Below, piece by piece: positions 23,039 through 34,567 of a DNA stretch of 55,609 bases; the stretch's first letter is position 1; every line of letters starts with the position of its first letter. Under the pieces are notes generated by a model. The model saw only the letters and a list, made by a program, of their open reading frames with translations, had not been told where the DNA came from and searched no databases. The translations under genes were made by a program, and so were the position numbers. Source of the DNA: Basidiobolus meristosporus CBS 931.73 (taxonomy: Eukaryota > Fungi > Basidiobolomycota); assembly GCA_002104905.1 (NCBI GenBank), contig MCFE01000586.1, positions 1-55,609 of the forward strand. Reading direction: 5' to 3'.

Positions 23039-25541
23039 TCAGTAGCTTGAGACCGGATTTTGCGCGTGCTTCAAGGTCTGTGCGAACTGCGTGTTGTTGT
23101 CCCCATCCTCCTCCAAGAAATTATAGCCCTCGTCTTCGGTGGGGAGCTCCTCGCCCTCGTCTTCAAACTCCCTCAGGCTCTCCTCCTCCTCGGCACCGTA
23201 CACCAGACGATCATACTCTCCCTCAACGTACTCATCCCATGGGCTGAAAAGATGGTTAGGTCTGCGCTGGGGGAACAGAAATGAGGGAGAAAAACTCACT
23301 TGGTAACGCTGTCGAACAGCCCCATTCTTCGCTTTCTACGCAGATGTCTAGGGCGACTTTCGTAGTCGATGAAACGCACCAGGTTGAAGAACATATCGAA
23401 GAATACATTGCTTTCCGGGCAGTTCTTCAAGTCCTTCAGAGTGATGATCCCCTCTTTCGCCGGGTTCACCAGGTCTGACCTTCGATGACAGACAAGAGGT
23501 TAGTGATCCGTGTGTTGCCCAGTTGGCGGCAATTTAAGGAACTCACATCTGGCAAATACAATCGTCCAAGTTAACACACTCGACGCCTGCGTATTCCATT
23601 CGGCCTAGCTGCTCCTCGTAGAAATACTCCAGCTCGAACACAGTGAGTAGTCCATCCCCATCTATGTCCAGGCAGCGGAACCAATATTCTATGGCAGTTG
23701 GTGTGTTCTTGTCCACCTCCGAAAGAATGAACCCTAGAAACTCGGTTAGATACGGAAGGACCAGCGGCGCAACCTACGGTCAACTCACAAACAAAGTCCC
23801 TATAGCCCATCTTTGGCTCCGCGTAGTCCGTCAGCGGTAGGTCGCTGATTTTACCGTAGCCATCGATCACGCGCTTGATGATTTTGTCGGTCAGGCAGCC
23901 CTCCATGTAACACGCCAATTGATCCTCGTTGATCTCTAGGTCATGGTCTTCGTCCAGCTCCCAAAATTTACAATAAATGACGTAGAAATCCTTGTAGGAA
24001 AAGCAGGTTTTACACTGACAGATGGGTTAGGATCGAGCCGACCACACCACGAAGACCTGAAGATCCTACCTCCCCTGAGTCCACACCGCCTTCTATCGCA
24101 CGTATGATCTCGGGTATGTTTCCACGCTTGAATTCCCGGAAGGTCAGTTTACCGGTCCAGCTACGGTTGTGGTCGTAGTATAGACGCGCTACAACAGTCT
24201 CGGCTAGCGATACCAACGTTAATATTCAGGAAATACGACCATTTTCGCTGGAGATGCAAAGGTACCATATCTATCCTGGAACGTGGCGTTCCCATTCAGA
24301 AACTCCAACTCAGAGTGACCGCAGATGACGTCTGTTAAACCGCATGTTAATCACAAGCCACGCGAACAACTCACTGCGTTGTTCCTACCTTCCAGTATAA
24401 CATAGAAATCCTCTGGCACCAGATAGTCGTTCTCTTCCTGCTTCAGCAAGTAAAAGCAAAGGGAGACCTCATCGGTGAATTCCCGCTGGATCATCTTCCA
24501 TCCCCTAATACAGAGCTCTGTTAGTCCCGGGTAAATCACTGACTCTTCAATACGGCAGTTACTTCATCAACTGGTGATAATTCATGGTATTCCCACAGTC
24601 AGTCAGCACCTCAAGTTTACGAAACAGTGCAAACGTAAAGTAGCGAGGCAGTTGGAAAGCTTCCGCAACCGGCGCGAACTTCTCATCGGTAAGATGGCCC
24701 TCTCTGTCAAAAATGGGCTTTAGATGTGCCTGGGGTATTATGAGCGGGGTATTAGAAACATCGCTGGCTAATGATTGGTAGAAGCTCAGCACTAACCAAA
24801 TTCTCCAATATCTCCTGGTGAAGTGTGGAAACAAGCTCTGGATCCCCGCCAGGGAAATAAAACCTTGGGATTGGCTTGGGTAATGGGATGCGGGATGCTG
24901 GCTCTTGATTGACCACCTGCTGCACGCTGGGCTTTGACTGCGCATCCCCTTGCTTGATCACGAGCTGTGGGCTGTCCAACACCCCAACCTCTTGGGCGAA
25001 AAGATTTCTGGGCTTACGATACACATACATGTCTTGCGTCTCATCGTCCGACTGTAGGCCTCCTGACATTATTGGGGACATCGCCTCGAACTTGAGGCGG
25101 GTGGAGCGTGTGGGAGAGAGAATGTCCACCGGTGAGCGCAGGCGTGAGGAGGGGGATTCAATCATATCCCCTTCTACCCAAAAGAATGGTGGTCAGCGCA
25201 AGCACACAAGCATGTCATGAAAGGAGTGAATTCTTGAATATACCGTTTCCAAAGATAGATGTCTTCGGGGACTTTCTAGTACAAACAGGACTGATAGGTG
25301 CAGGGGAGCGAGGAGAGCCCATAAGCTTGAAAGGCGAGCCGACTGGGGAGTTGTTCTCCGGGCTAACTACTCCGAACTTCTGTTTGAGATACTCTTTATA
25401 CCGTGGAGAATACGAAGCTCTATCAATATCATTGCCAGCTGGGTTCGAGATGAAACGGTCAGCCACCTCGTCGATTTGGGGGGGTGGTGATTGAGAGCCT
25501 CTATTCCCTTTAGGGGTTCTAATGGGACTACCGAATGACAT
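23039..25541 (-). CDS. Protein phosphatase 2A regulatory subunit B'' (PR72/PPP2R3-like, EF-hand); multi-exon
   Basis: Motifs AETVVARLYYDHNRSWTGKLTFREFKR, FSYKDFYVIYCKFWELDEDHD, WFILSEVDKNTPTAIEYWFRCLDIDGDG, FNMFFNLVRF, SPWDEYVEGEYDRL. N-terminal Ser/Pro-rich extension from ATG 25541. Confidence 0.88.
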
Positions 25542-25976
25542 GCTATAATGCTCTGGTAACGTCGGTTGGAATGGAAAGATTCAGGTGAGAGCGAGGGTAT
25601 GCTACAAGGGAAGAAAAGTTAGAGTGCTCCGGCCGTGAGCGTATCAAGACAATCACTTGTTGGTAATGGTGAATCGCTAGTAACTTGACCAGAAGGAACA
25701 AATTTCCCAATCACCAAATAAGTATAACATTTAATAAACTCGATCCGATTTTTTTTCGCTGTTTTGTTTACTCTGCCTGGTGGAGGTGAAAACAACAAGC
25801 GATGTTAGGGATCAGCAGTATATGCTCACCAATTACTATGGTTCAGCATAATCTGGAGCAATGGTTGGATTGTGCAGTTTTATTGATGCCACCTTCCATA
25901 TTTGTAGTGGGAAATCAAGAGCATATATCTTAACATCGATAATTATGGCATGGAATTAGAGTTTGGGTGGCGGAGA

Positions 25977-28365
25977 TTAAAGGCAGCTATTGCATTTCCA
26001 TATTCGAAGTTCTTCCCTACATGAATTCCAGGTCAGCTGAAGTACCAAAAAGAGACTCTTCACAACGAACACTTACTCGGTAAAATCTTTCTGGATTGTT
26101 GGTTTCAAGCAAAGGATATGAAAGTGGCGTTTGCACGCTGAGCACTCTACCAGAATTAATCGACGATACTGTCGGCTGATGACTGTATTGTTCACACATT
26201 CGTGTGATTCTTGCGGGGTGTTCCACGACTTCCCTTGTCCAGGCAAAGCTGGCGAGTTACACTGCGGTGAGGTGAAAGGGACGTTCAATTTGAAGCATAT
26301 ACTGCATCTGACCCGTTCCCTTTTCTTTGGCGTGGGAGGTTTGCTATCTAGTGAGGTGTTCAATCCCTCCGTCGATTCTTTACTAGGCGACTTTCCAAAA
26401 AACTCTTCCCCAAAGGCTTGCTCATCAAATTCCTCCTTGATGGTGATACTTTCTGTATCCATAGGTGCATTCGAGCTAGGCACCTGCTTCGGTTGTAGAA
26501 ACTTGGATACATCAGGCCGGAAGCCGCGCACGGTTACTTCAGTTAAAAAGTAGTTGATCACATTCTCTTCAGACAACTCCAACTCTTTCAGCTGCTGTTC
26601 TGTGATCTGAACACCACGGAAGCTCTGGAGCAATAGGTTCTGCAAGGAACCCAATTCCTGCTCGGCGTCTTGGAGCTCTTCAGTGAAGCGCCTGGCACTT
26701 TCCTCCAGACGACGACTTTTTTGCCTTAGTGTCCGTAGACTCCTTTCCAAAGTAGCATTCTCGCAGGTGATCTCGGCGATGTTCCTTTGAATGGAGCCGA
26801 TGCATACAATATCCAGATTCTGATAATGACTTCGACAGTAAATCCCCGGAAATTGGTCCAACATCCTATCCCTTCTATTCACCCAGAGCTTCCATACATT
26901 CAACCTTACAGGGTCTTTCGTGTGTTTTTTGCAAAGGACGGTGGTGGCCCCCAGATCTTGCCAGGTTTCGTAGAGACCATAATCGTACGCACAAGTAACA
27001 TGCAGGCCATTTCGGCATTTTCCAGCCTCGCATTTGATGCTTATTCCTTGCACTGCGTCTGCTTCATCGCACACACTACATCTCTAAATGAAAAATCCCA
27101 CGCAAATTAACCACTTGCTCTCTACACCCCAACGCCCCGTGATACAACCCTTACCGTGTTCCATGACCTGCTCGAAACCCCGCTAACCTTGATTTTATCT
27201 CTTGTGCGGGCAGTATCGAGGTCAGTTCCGACAATCCATGTGGCACATACCACGTGGACCCATCCACCAGGCACATCCTGAACTCTCCAGAAAGCACCCA
27301 CCAAAGAGGGGCACAGCAAACATGTCTATTGAGGGAGATTACTCACTGAATGCAACTGCACATAGACCAACAGCATCATACCACAACATCATCTTTGCTC
27401 GCAGCGCAACGATCACAGTACCACTCCTTATTCTTTTGTATGGGGCCAAGTCCGTAGCATGCTATTCCGTAAGGCAGTGGGCGAGGTTTGCTTTAGTAGG
27501 CAATGGTAGACGAAGATCACAGCGGTGGCAACTCACTTCGATGAACCGACACCTCACAATAGTCCCCATCACACCATACTAGCTCGTCATTTGACTGCGT
27601 ACTGTCTTCGTCTAAACATATGCAGCACATATCCGGCCCGCTGGTCTTCTGCAATCAGATAGGTTAGCGTGTGGTCAACTATGAAATCAACAAAGAATCA
27701 AACTACCCAATGCTCCAGCCTCTCTTGAATCGACCCATTCGTCATGTTCACGCCTACCTTCGGTGCACTAGAGTTGGTTCGTAGATTTGAACTTGTGGAG
27801 TGAGAAAGGTCGCTACTGTCATCGTCAGACACCACAACAATTTCAATCTCTCGGGAAGCTTTGTTATTTCGATGGGATCGTAGTGAAAAGAACCAATCCT
27901 GTTTCGGAGGTTCTTTGGCCCGAGCAAATGGTTTAGAAAGGATGGCACGATGGTTGCTAGCTCCGGAGAAGGATTAGAAATGGAATACCGTAAGTGGTCT
28001 CAAGGGAGCCGTCGGACGTTGGTGTCGGTGTTGATGTAGATGTCGACGTCGACGTCGAGGGCAGTGATTCTGCAAGATGGGCTGGCCCTCGAGTGCTGCC
28101 GTTTGGCCGCTGGGAAGTTGGATTTGGCGCAGATCCTGAGCGTTGTGGAGGGAATGAACCGAGTTAGATGTGCTATCATGCATTTCAAGTGCGTACGAAA
28201 CCAAACCAAACCATTTTCCAGTTCAGAATCACTTGACGTGGTACTCCCAGAGCTCCCTGACTCAGTGTTGGAGCTGGATTCGGTGGAAGAATCAAAGATC
28301 AGCTCAGGAGACCAGTGGACCTTCCCCTTCTTCAGATAATTGGACCAACGCCTGGCGGACTCCAT
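25977..28365 (-). CDS. PHD-finger chromatin reader: PZP (PHD-Zn knuckle-PHD), coiled coil, C-terminal PHD; start may lie further upstream
   Basis: PHD1 LVWCDGDYCEVSVH/ACYG...WYCDRC. ePHD GAFWR...WVHVVCATWI and GISIKCEAGKCRNGLHVTCA. Coiled coil. C-terminal CSIC...VECSACKRHFHILCLKP plus the spliced exon WKCNSCL*. A branch point and acceptor just upstream of ATG 28365 suggest a further 5' exon. Confidence 0.8.
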
Positions 28366-31300
28366 AGGTATTCTTTGGAATTAGTTAGTATGATTGTGCT
28401 TCTAACAACGGTTGGCAGTATATGTGGGAAGTGGAGGTCGTATTGAGGTTGAAGTGATGTCTCGACCAACTCGACTGGGCATCAAGTCCCCATCATTCCC
28501 AGAATCACTCTGAATCATTGAACCACGCCCCGAAACCAAGAACCCAGACCCATTGTCCTCAAAGCCACTCCACCAATCTCCACGGTTATGAGGAAGCATC
28601 CTCTGCTCGAGTGATGGACTCTTCGATCAACAATATGAGGTAACCACGAAATGTCAAAACACAGTCGTGGAAACAATAAACAGTCACCGATCGCAACATG
28701 GCCGCCTTGTCCGGGAACGATTCAATGACAAAATAAGAATACGAGGGAACAACGAAATGCACTTCAACGTTTTCCTCTGGTTGAGGGTTTTGTTTTATTA
28801 TTCCATATGTAGATTGGACTCTTTGGTTGGTTTTTTGATAATGGATCATTGGAAGAAAGTATCTTAATGTAGGTAATCTAGTGCACACACAATGAGAAAC
28901 GAATAATTGCCACCATTTGGAGTGTCCCCAATTAGTTCAGGTAGACGACTAATTCACCATTGTACTTTCACCACACACAACACACTATTCTTCGTACCCG
29001 GGACTTGTGTAAAGACACGTTAGTAGCAACACCCTCCAACAAAATTCGATAACAATATCGCAAAATCGAGGAATTAGGGGCGCTGAAGAACAGCTTACTA
29101 GTACCATACTACCCCTGAAGTAAGAAGTGAGGCTTGTACGCTCCAAAAGTGTGAAGGCTTGTACGCTCCAAAGACGCAGAGACTACAAATGTAAAATACA
29201 TCGATGGACATCTTGTAAATTACAGACGTAACAGCTGGACACGGGAGGATCGAGTACATCATAGGACTACAGGAGAAGACATTCACAAGAAAGAGGATTT
29301 CAATGTAGCCAGCGAAAGTCGGCATCCAAGAAAATTCTGCTCTCTAGAAATTCCAAAGTCATGAGTACGGTAAAATGGGAAGCCCGGTAGTTACCATTGC
29401 AGCGCGGCGTGTAGAGGAATATTAGAGGAAGGGGAGATTGTTGGTTGGGGAGGAATCACCGAGTTTATTTATATAGGGATGTAAGGGAGGGAGAGACAGG
29501 CTGATGGCTGATGGCAGCACGAATCAATTGATCAGAACAATAGTGCGCCTAGAATTTTCGAATAACATCATATCTGCAAATTACGGCAACAGATTTATAA
29601 TTGGCAAGTGTTGATTGAACAATAAGATACGCTGGATGAAATTGTGGTTTGATTAGTTTCATCCCATGAGGGACAGACCAATCGATTTTTCCGATCTGGA
29701 ATGACGCAGGCGATTCATGGGATCAAAGGTACAATGGGAGGACGTGAGCACGACTGCGAGAGCGCAGTCATGACAGGAATACGGGACCCGGACGGAAAAC
29801 AAGAGTCAAATTTGGTTGCTATCATTGTGTATTTGATCATAGACAGTAGTTCCAAGTTTGTTAATGTTGACAGATTCCTATGTGGTCGTTGACATTGGTA
29901 CGCACAATTATTCCACGAAGGCGAAATTTTGCTTCTTGTCTGCCATATCTTTCCAACACTTCCACTACTCCGGAGTTTATCTTATGTTATCACTTCATTT
30001 ACACTACGAGTATCAGCGATTCCGTGGTCGCAGCCAGAAAAATAATGGCGGGTCCATACTGAGCGGAACATCAATGGACAACCACTGGCGTGGCGTGATC
30101 GATTTCGGCGGAGGCTTTTACGCTCCTGGAGGCTTCTATGCTCCAAGATGAAAATGAAACGGGGTTTACAACAGTAATATTCTCAGGCTAAGATGGGCAT
30201 TAGCAGTGAATATTCATATTGCAAGTGGGCTCAGAAGCACGGAGTTTTCTTGTAGACGGAGGGGTATGTGAGTAGCAGAGCGGTTGTCGGTACAACCGTT
30301 CAACGGAATTCTAGAGAAATGGAGGCAAGGGCGAGAATACATCGAAGATCACCAGAAAGAATGTAAATACATGTTAGAGGAAGAATCCTACCGCCACCGG
30401 GCAACGAACATGGGGATTTATATTGCTGGCCGATTCCGACAAGAGGTCGGCACATGCAAGGGGAAGTAGGAAATAGATTACGAAATGCAGCGGATGCTTC
30501 ATTACTGGGTGATGGGAAACTAAGGAGGATTTATTTCCGAAACTGATCCGATTGATACACCAAATGATTGTGGAAGTTCCATTATGGCGCTCTCCACCCA
30601 ATGATTATTTTTATCCACCCATCTAGATGTCACGTTGTTGTTCCTTTGTGGAACAGCCCCCTGCCACCCAATGAGCCATCACCACCCGATTCTGATACAG
30701 TCTCCATACGTGTTCATTGTTCCTCGCTGATTGCTGGTTTCAGCAATCTGCAGAACTTCCTACTTTCAAATGGCTGTGCATTGGCTGCTGCGCATCCAGT
30801 CGCCAATAACATTTTCCATCTGCACATGTGTCTCAGTGACTGGTGTCAGCAGTTTCTTTCATGGGACAGGTCACAGCCTTCTATGGACTGTCACAATGAT
30901 CGAGAGCACTTGGTGGATACATGACTCAGCCGGGATCAAGTTGCTCTTATCCATCCGACAATATATAACGCCCCTTTCCTCATCCCTGCCAAACCAACCA
31001 TTCGAGCCTTGTTATCATGGTCGCAATGTGTTCACGGTGACCTGAAGTCGTTCCGACTCCGCAGGACTCGCCTCAGCCCTTCGCCCCAGCTAAGCATCAG
31101 GGTTTCCGTTGTCATCACTAATCGCAGTTTCCCAAGCTAGATTCTTGATCTGGTCCAGCGTCCTTCGCACCCTCATCAGGGCATATTCCTCCACGCAGCA
31201 AATAATCGCGTATGCTTCCATCAACTTGCTTGTCGTCACTCAACGTTCTTATTACAGGGATTTACACCTCTTACGAGTAAAAGTCCTATGTTATCGCTGT

Positions 31301-32858
31301 TTGCTTCATCTACGAATCACTTCGTAAGTTGTTCTATTTGGTGTTGTCAAAGTTGCTAACTATGCCTGCGTCATTATATGTATTATGAGAATTCCGCATC
31401 CAGCTAGCTTCGAGACCTGTCACGATTATACATGTACATAGATATAGGCAACAAGCGATGTAAATAATGATTCGTGTAAATACTGTTTAACCATTTCATG
31501 TAATGCACCTGTCTGCAATTTACACTATAAACCACTGATCTGACTCCGTGAAAAACCCGCGTATCTGTGCGAGAAATCAACCTAATTCAATGCACTTTTT
31601 ACAATGCCCGTTTATTCAATATTACACCATCTGCAATTTCATGCCACCTCAGGGTTTTGTCGTGTCCAACTACTTGAAAATGTGAGACACATTTCGTATT
31701 ACAATCAATGCACTCTTTGGCGATTGCAACCTACAATGTTTGTCAAGTGCAAATACTCCTACCCACCCCTGAGTTTATGTAAAGTCTCCACCTGGATAAA
31801 AGCACCTCTCTTCTTAGAGTACAGGGAGAAGTGTCGGGCAGCCGGTGCTCATTTGGAGCTTTGTTTATACTTTGTGACATCCAATATCTGGACCCCACAC
31901 ATCGCGCACAAGCCTAAAGAGAGAAAAGGTTAGTGGGGATGTCAAGGGCCCTAATATTGTTTAGTGAGGGGGAAATTACCTTTTTTGTAGGCGCAGTTCT
32001 GACAGTATGTCGCATGTTCTTGATGTACGCGCGAGTTGCATACCTTACATTTGTTCTGGTACGGAGAGAATCTACATGGAACGAATGGATCCAGGGTTAG
32101 AACCCCAAGGAACTACCTCAATTAGGGAATAAAATAGAGTAAATACCGGTTCTTGGCCGCTTTGGAGAGTAGTTTGTTCTCATTCACTTTGCGATCCTTT
32201 CCAACTAAAGGGTATTTAGTTCGCGAACGGTGGTGGTAGGAGAGTTGGCTCTTGGCGAAACATACCTGCCGTATTGCGGGAACCATCCTTCCACTTGTCT
32301 GGACACGCCACTTTTCCCAGCTTCTTCTCGCCTGTGAGGAAAAAGGGTGGGTATTAGTCTAAGAAACCCTTTAAGCGCAGGTGTTGAAAGATACTTGCAT
32401 TTTTTGCAAACCATGTCTTCTGGCTAACCTAACGTTCAAGTTGCTGCGATCATGGTGTGGCGATTACTACTTATCGGAGAGGGCGGACGAAAAACAGGGG
32501 TCACCTGACCTGACTGAATTTCCACCAGTCGAGTCTATATGGTGCAGCTTGTGATATTCTGGTAAAAAAAAGGGTTTCAAAGGGCTTTAGTCACGTGACC
32601 AACCGCTACTGCGTTGATCAGGTCGGTCATTTATCTTACACAAGTATAATGTATGAGCCGCATTCAATTTCATACTGCACCTGCATCTACAAACAGCAAT
32701 CACCATCTGGCTGATGACACTACAATACGCTTTTGTTGCGTCTCCGCCCGACTCCAAATGATTATGGACGTTATGCTCAAGGAGCTAGTTTGTTATTGAG
32801 GTAGGTAATTGATAGATTAAGAAATATTGACTTAAAATATAGCATGGAAGGTGAATTC

Positions 32859-33206
32859 TGTTGTAAAAAATCGTAATTCCACCTAAATATTCACCTAACT
32901 TGGTTACTTGGATCATTACCTACAAATCTTAGAGAATACTGACCAAAATCCTTGTTGGGATTTACTTGGAATATTTTCACCAAAGCATCAGGTACCCAGA
33001 ACATGAAAATTTGTTAAGTCGTCCAAACAGCCCCAAACTTTGCACACATGTTCTTGGGACCTTCCGGAACATATTCTACATGTTTATCTTTACAAAACCC
33101 TGCAAAAGTACAAATGCTACTTGTAATTCAATAAATCATTAAGTGAAAACCACATATTCTACTTCTTCTGCCAATCACTTCCAACATCTCCAAGACTCTT
33201 ACAATA
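32859..33206 (+). repeat. Copia LTR (solo)
   Basis: TGTTGTAAAAAATCG...GACTCTTACAATA. Confidence 0.85.
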
Positions 33207-33540
33207 TTTTAGAGATATTGAAAGTGACTGGGAGAATAAGTAGACTATAAGGTTATCTACTAATGACACACCAAATGTAAATATAACACTTGTTCTGTTA
33301 CATATTCTTGGCAAAAAATACACACAGAATATGTATAAGAAGGTCTCAAGAGCATCTGTGCCAAGTTTGGTGCTGGCTGTACAACTTTGAGATTCTCATG
33401 CTTTAGGTATCTGATATTTTGGGGAAAATACTTCAGGTAAATACTTGATTTGGGCAGAATTCTCTGAGACTCAAAGACTATGTTCCAAGGGACCAAGTTA
33501 AGTGAATATTCCGGGTTGTGATGGATAATATTTAACAAAA
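33207..33540 (-). repeat. Degenerate copia LTR, opposite orientation, abutting the previous LTR
   Basis: GAGATATTGAAAGTGACTGGGAG...CAAGTTAAGTGAATATT is the reverse complement of the LTR family. Confidence 0.7.
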
Positions 33541-33644
33541 AACCCTTTGTACAAATATCTATATAGCTAGCATTACAAGTAACTATCTTGACACCTGATT
33601 GCCAAAGTCCTAGAGGTATGGTACCTTCTTAGCTATGATGGAAA

Positions 33645-33978
33645 TGTTGTAAGAGTCTTGGAGATATTGAAAGTGATTTGGGAGGACAAGTAGATTATGT
33701 GGTTTTCACTTAATGATTTATTGAATGTAAAAGTAGTATTCATACTTTTACATGGTTGGGGCATTACAAACATGTAGAATAGGTTAAGGAAGGATCTCAA
33801 GAACATGCGTGCAAAGTTTACGGCTGTTTGGACAGCTTTGAGAATTTTCATGTTCTGGGTAAATATTTCAAGTAAACCCCGACATGGAATTTAGTCAGTA
33901 TTCTCTAGGATTTGAAGGTAATGATCCAAGTGACTAAGTTAGGTGAATATTTAGGTGGAATTACAAATTTTAATAACA
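33645..33978 (-). repeat. Solo copia LTR with 5-bp TSD GGAAA
   Basis: TGTTGTAAGAGTC...TTTAATAACA flanked by GGAAA on both sides (33640-33644, 33979-33983). Confidence 0.88.
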
Positions 33979-34209
33979 GGAAATGCTCTCCAACTTTGAA
34001 ATGACTTGGAAACAAACTACAAGTTACAAGATAATGGGGAAGTATTGTATACTATTCTATATTCAGAACCTCCCTGAAGAACCCAAGCTCTCCCAACAAC
34101 TGCCTGAGACATTTTGAAAGTGCCACTCCCTGTAATCCTGTGAAGTGAACGCGAATACTAAAGTTCCTACTACTATTTCTAAGAGCTCTTTGCTATGCAA
34201 GCTTTGTGA

Positions 34210-34567
34210 CTACACCTAAATATTCTTGTAAATCTTGTAGTGGAACCAGAATATTCACCCAAGTCACTTAGATCACTACTTACAAATATTAGAGAAATCT
34301 GACATAATATCTTGTTTGTATTTACTCAGAATATTTTCACCAATGCATTAGGTACCCAGAGCATGAAATCCTGTTGAGTTGTCCAAATAGCTCTTAACTT
34401 CACACACACACTCTTGAGACCTACCTAAACATATTCTATGTGTTTGTTTTGCCAAGACCATGTAAAAGTATAAATACTACTTTTACATTCAATGAATCAT
34501 CAAGTGAAAAACACTTAATCTGCTTGTTCTCCCAATCACTTCCAAGATCTCCAAAACTCTTACAAGA
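34210..34567 (+). repeat. Degenerate copia LTR
   Basis: AAGTCACTTAGATCAC...CCAAAACTCTTACAAGA. Confidence 0.7.

Noticed and set aside
31165-31200. CTGATGAG...GAAG on the minus strand as a hammerhead ribozyme core
   Set aside because: It lacks GAAA, a proper stem II and flanking helices.
32093-32100. CTAACCCT on the minus strand as a telomerase RNA template
   Set aside because: An 8-mer is expected about once or twice by chance in this window, and no supporting pseudoknot or other TER element was recognisable.
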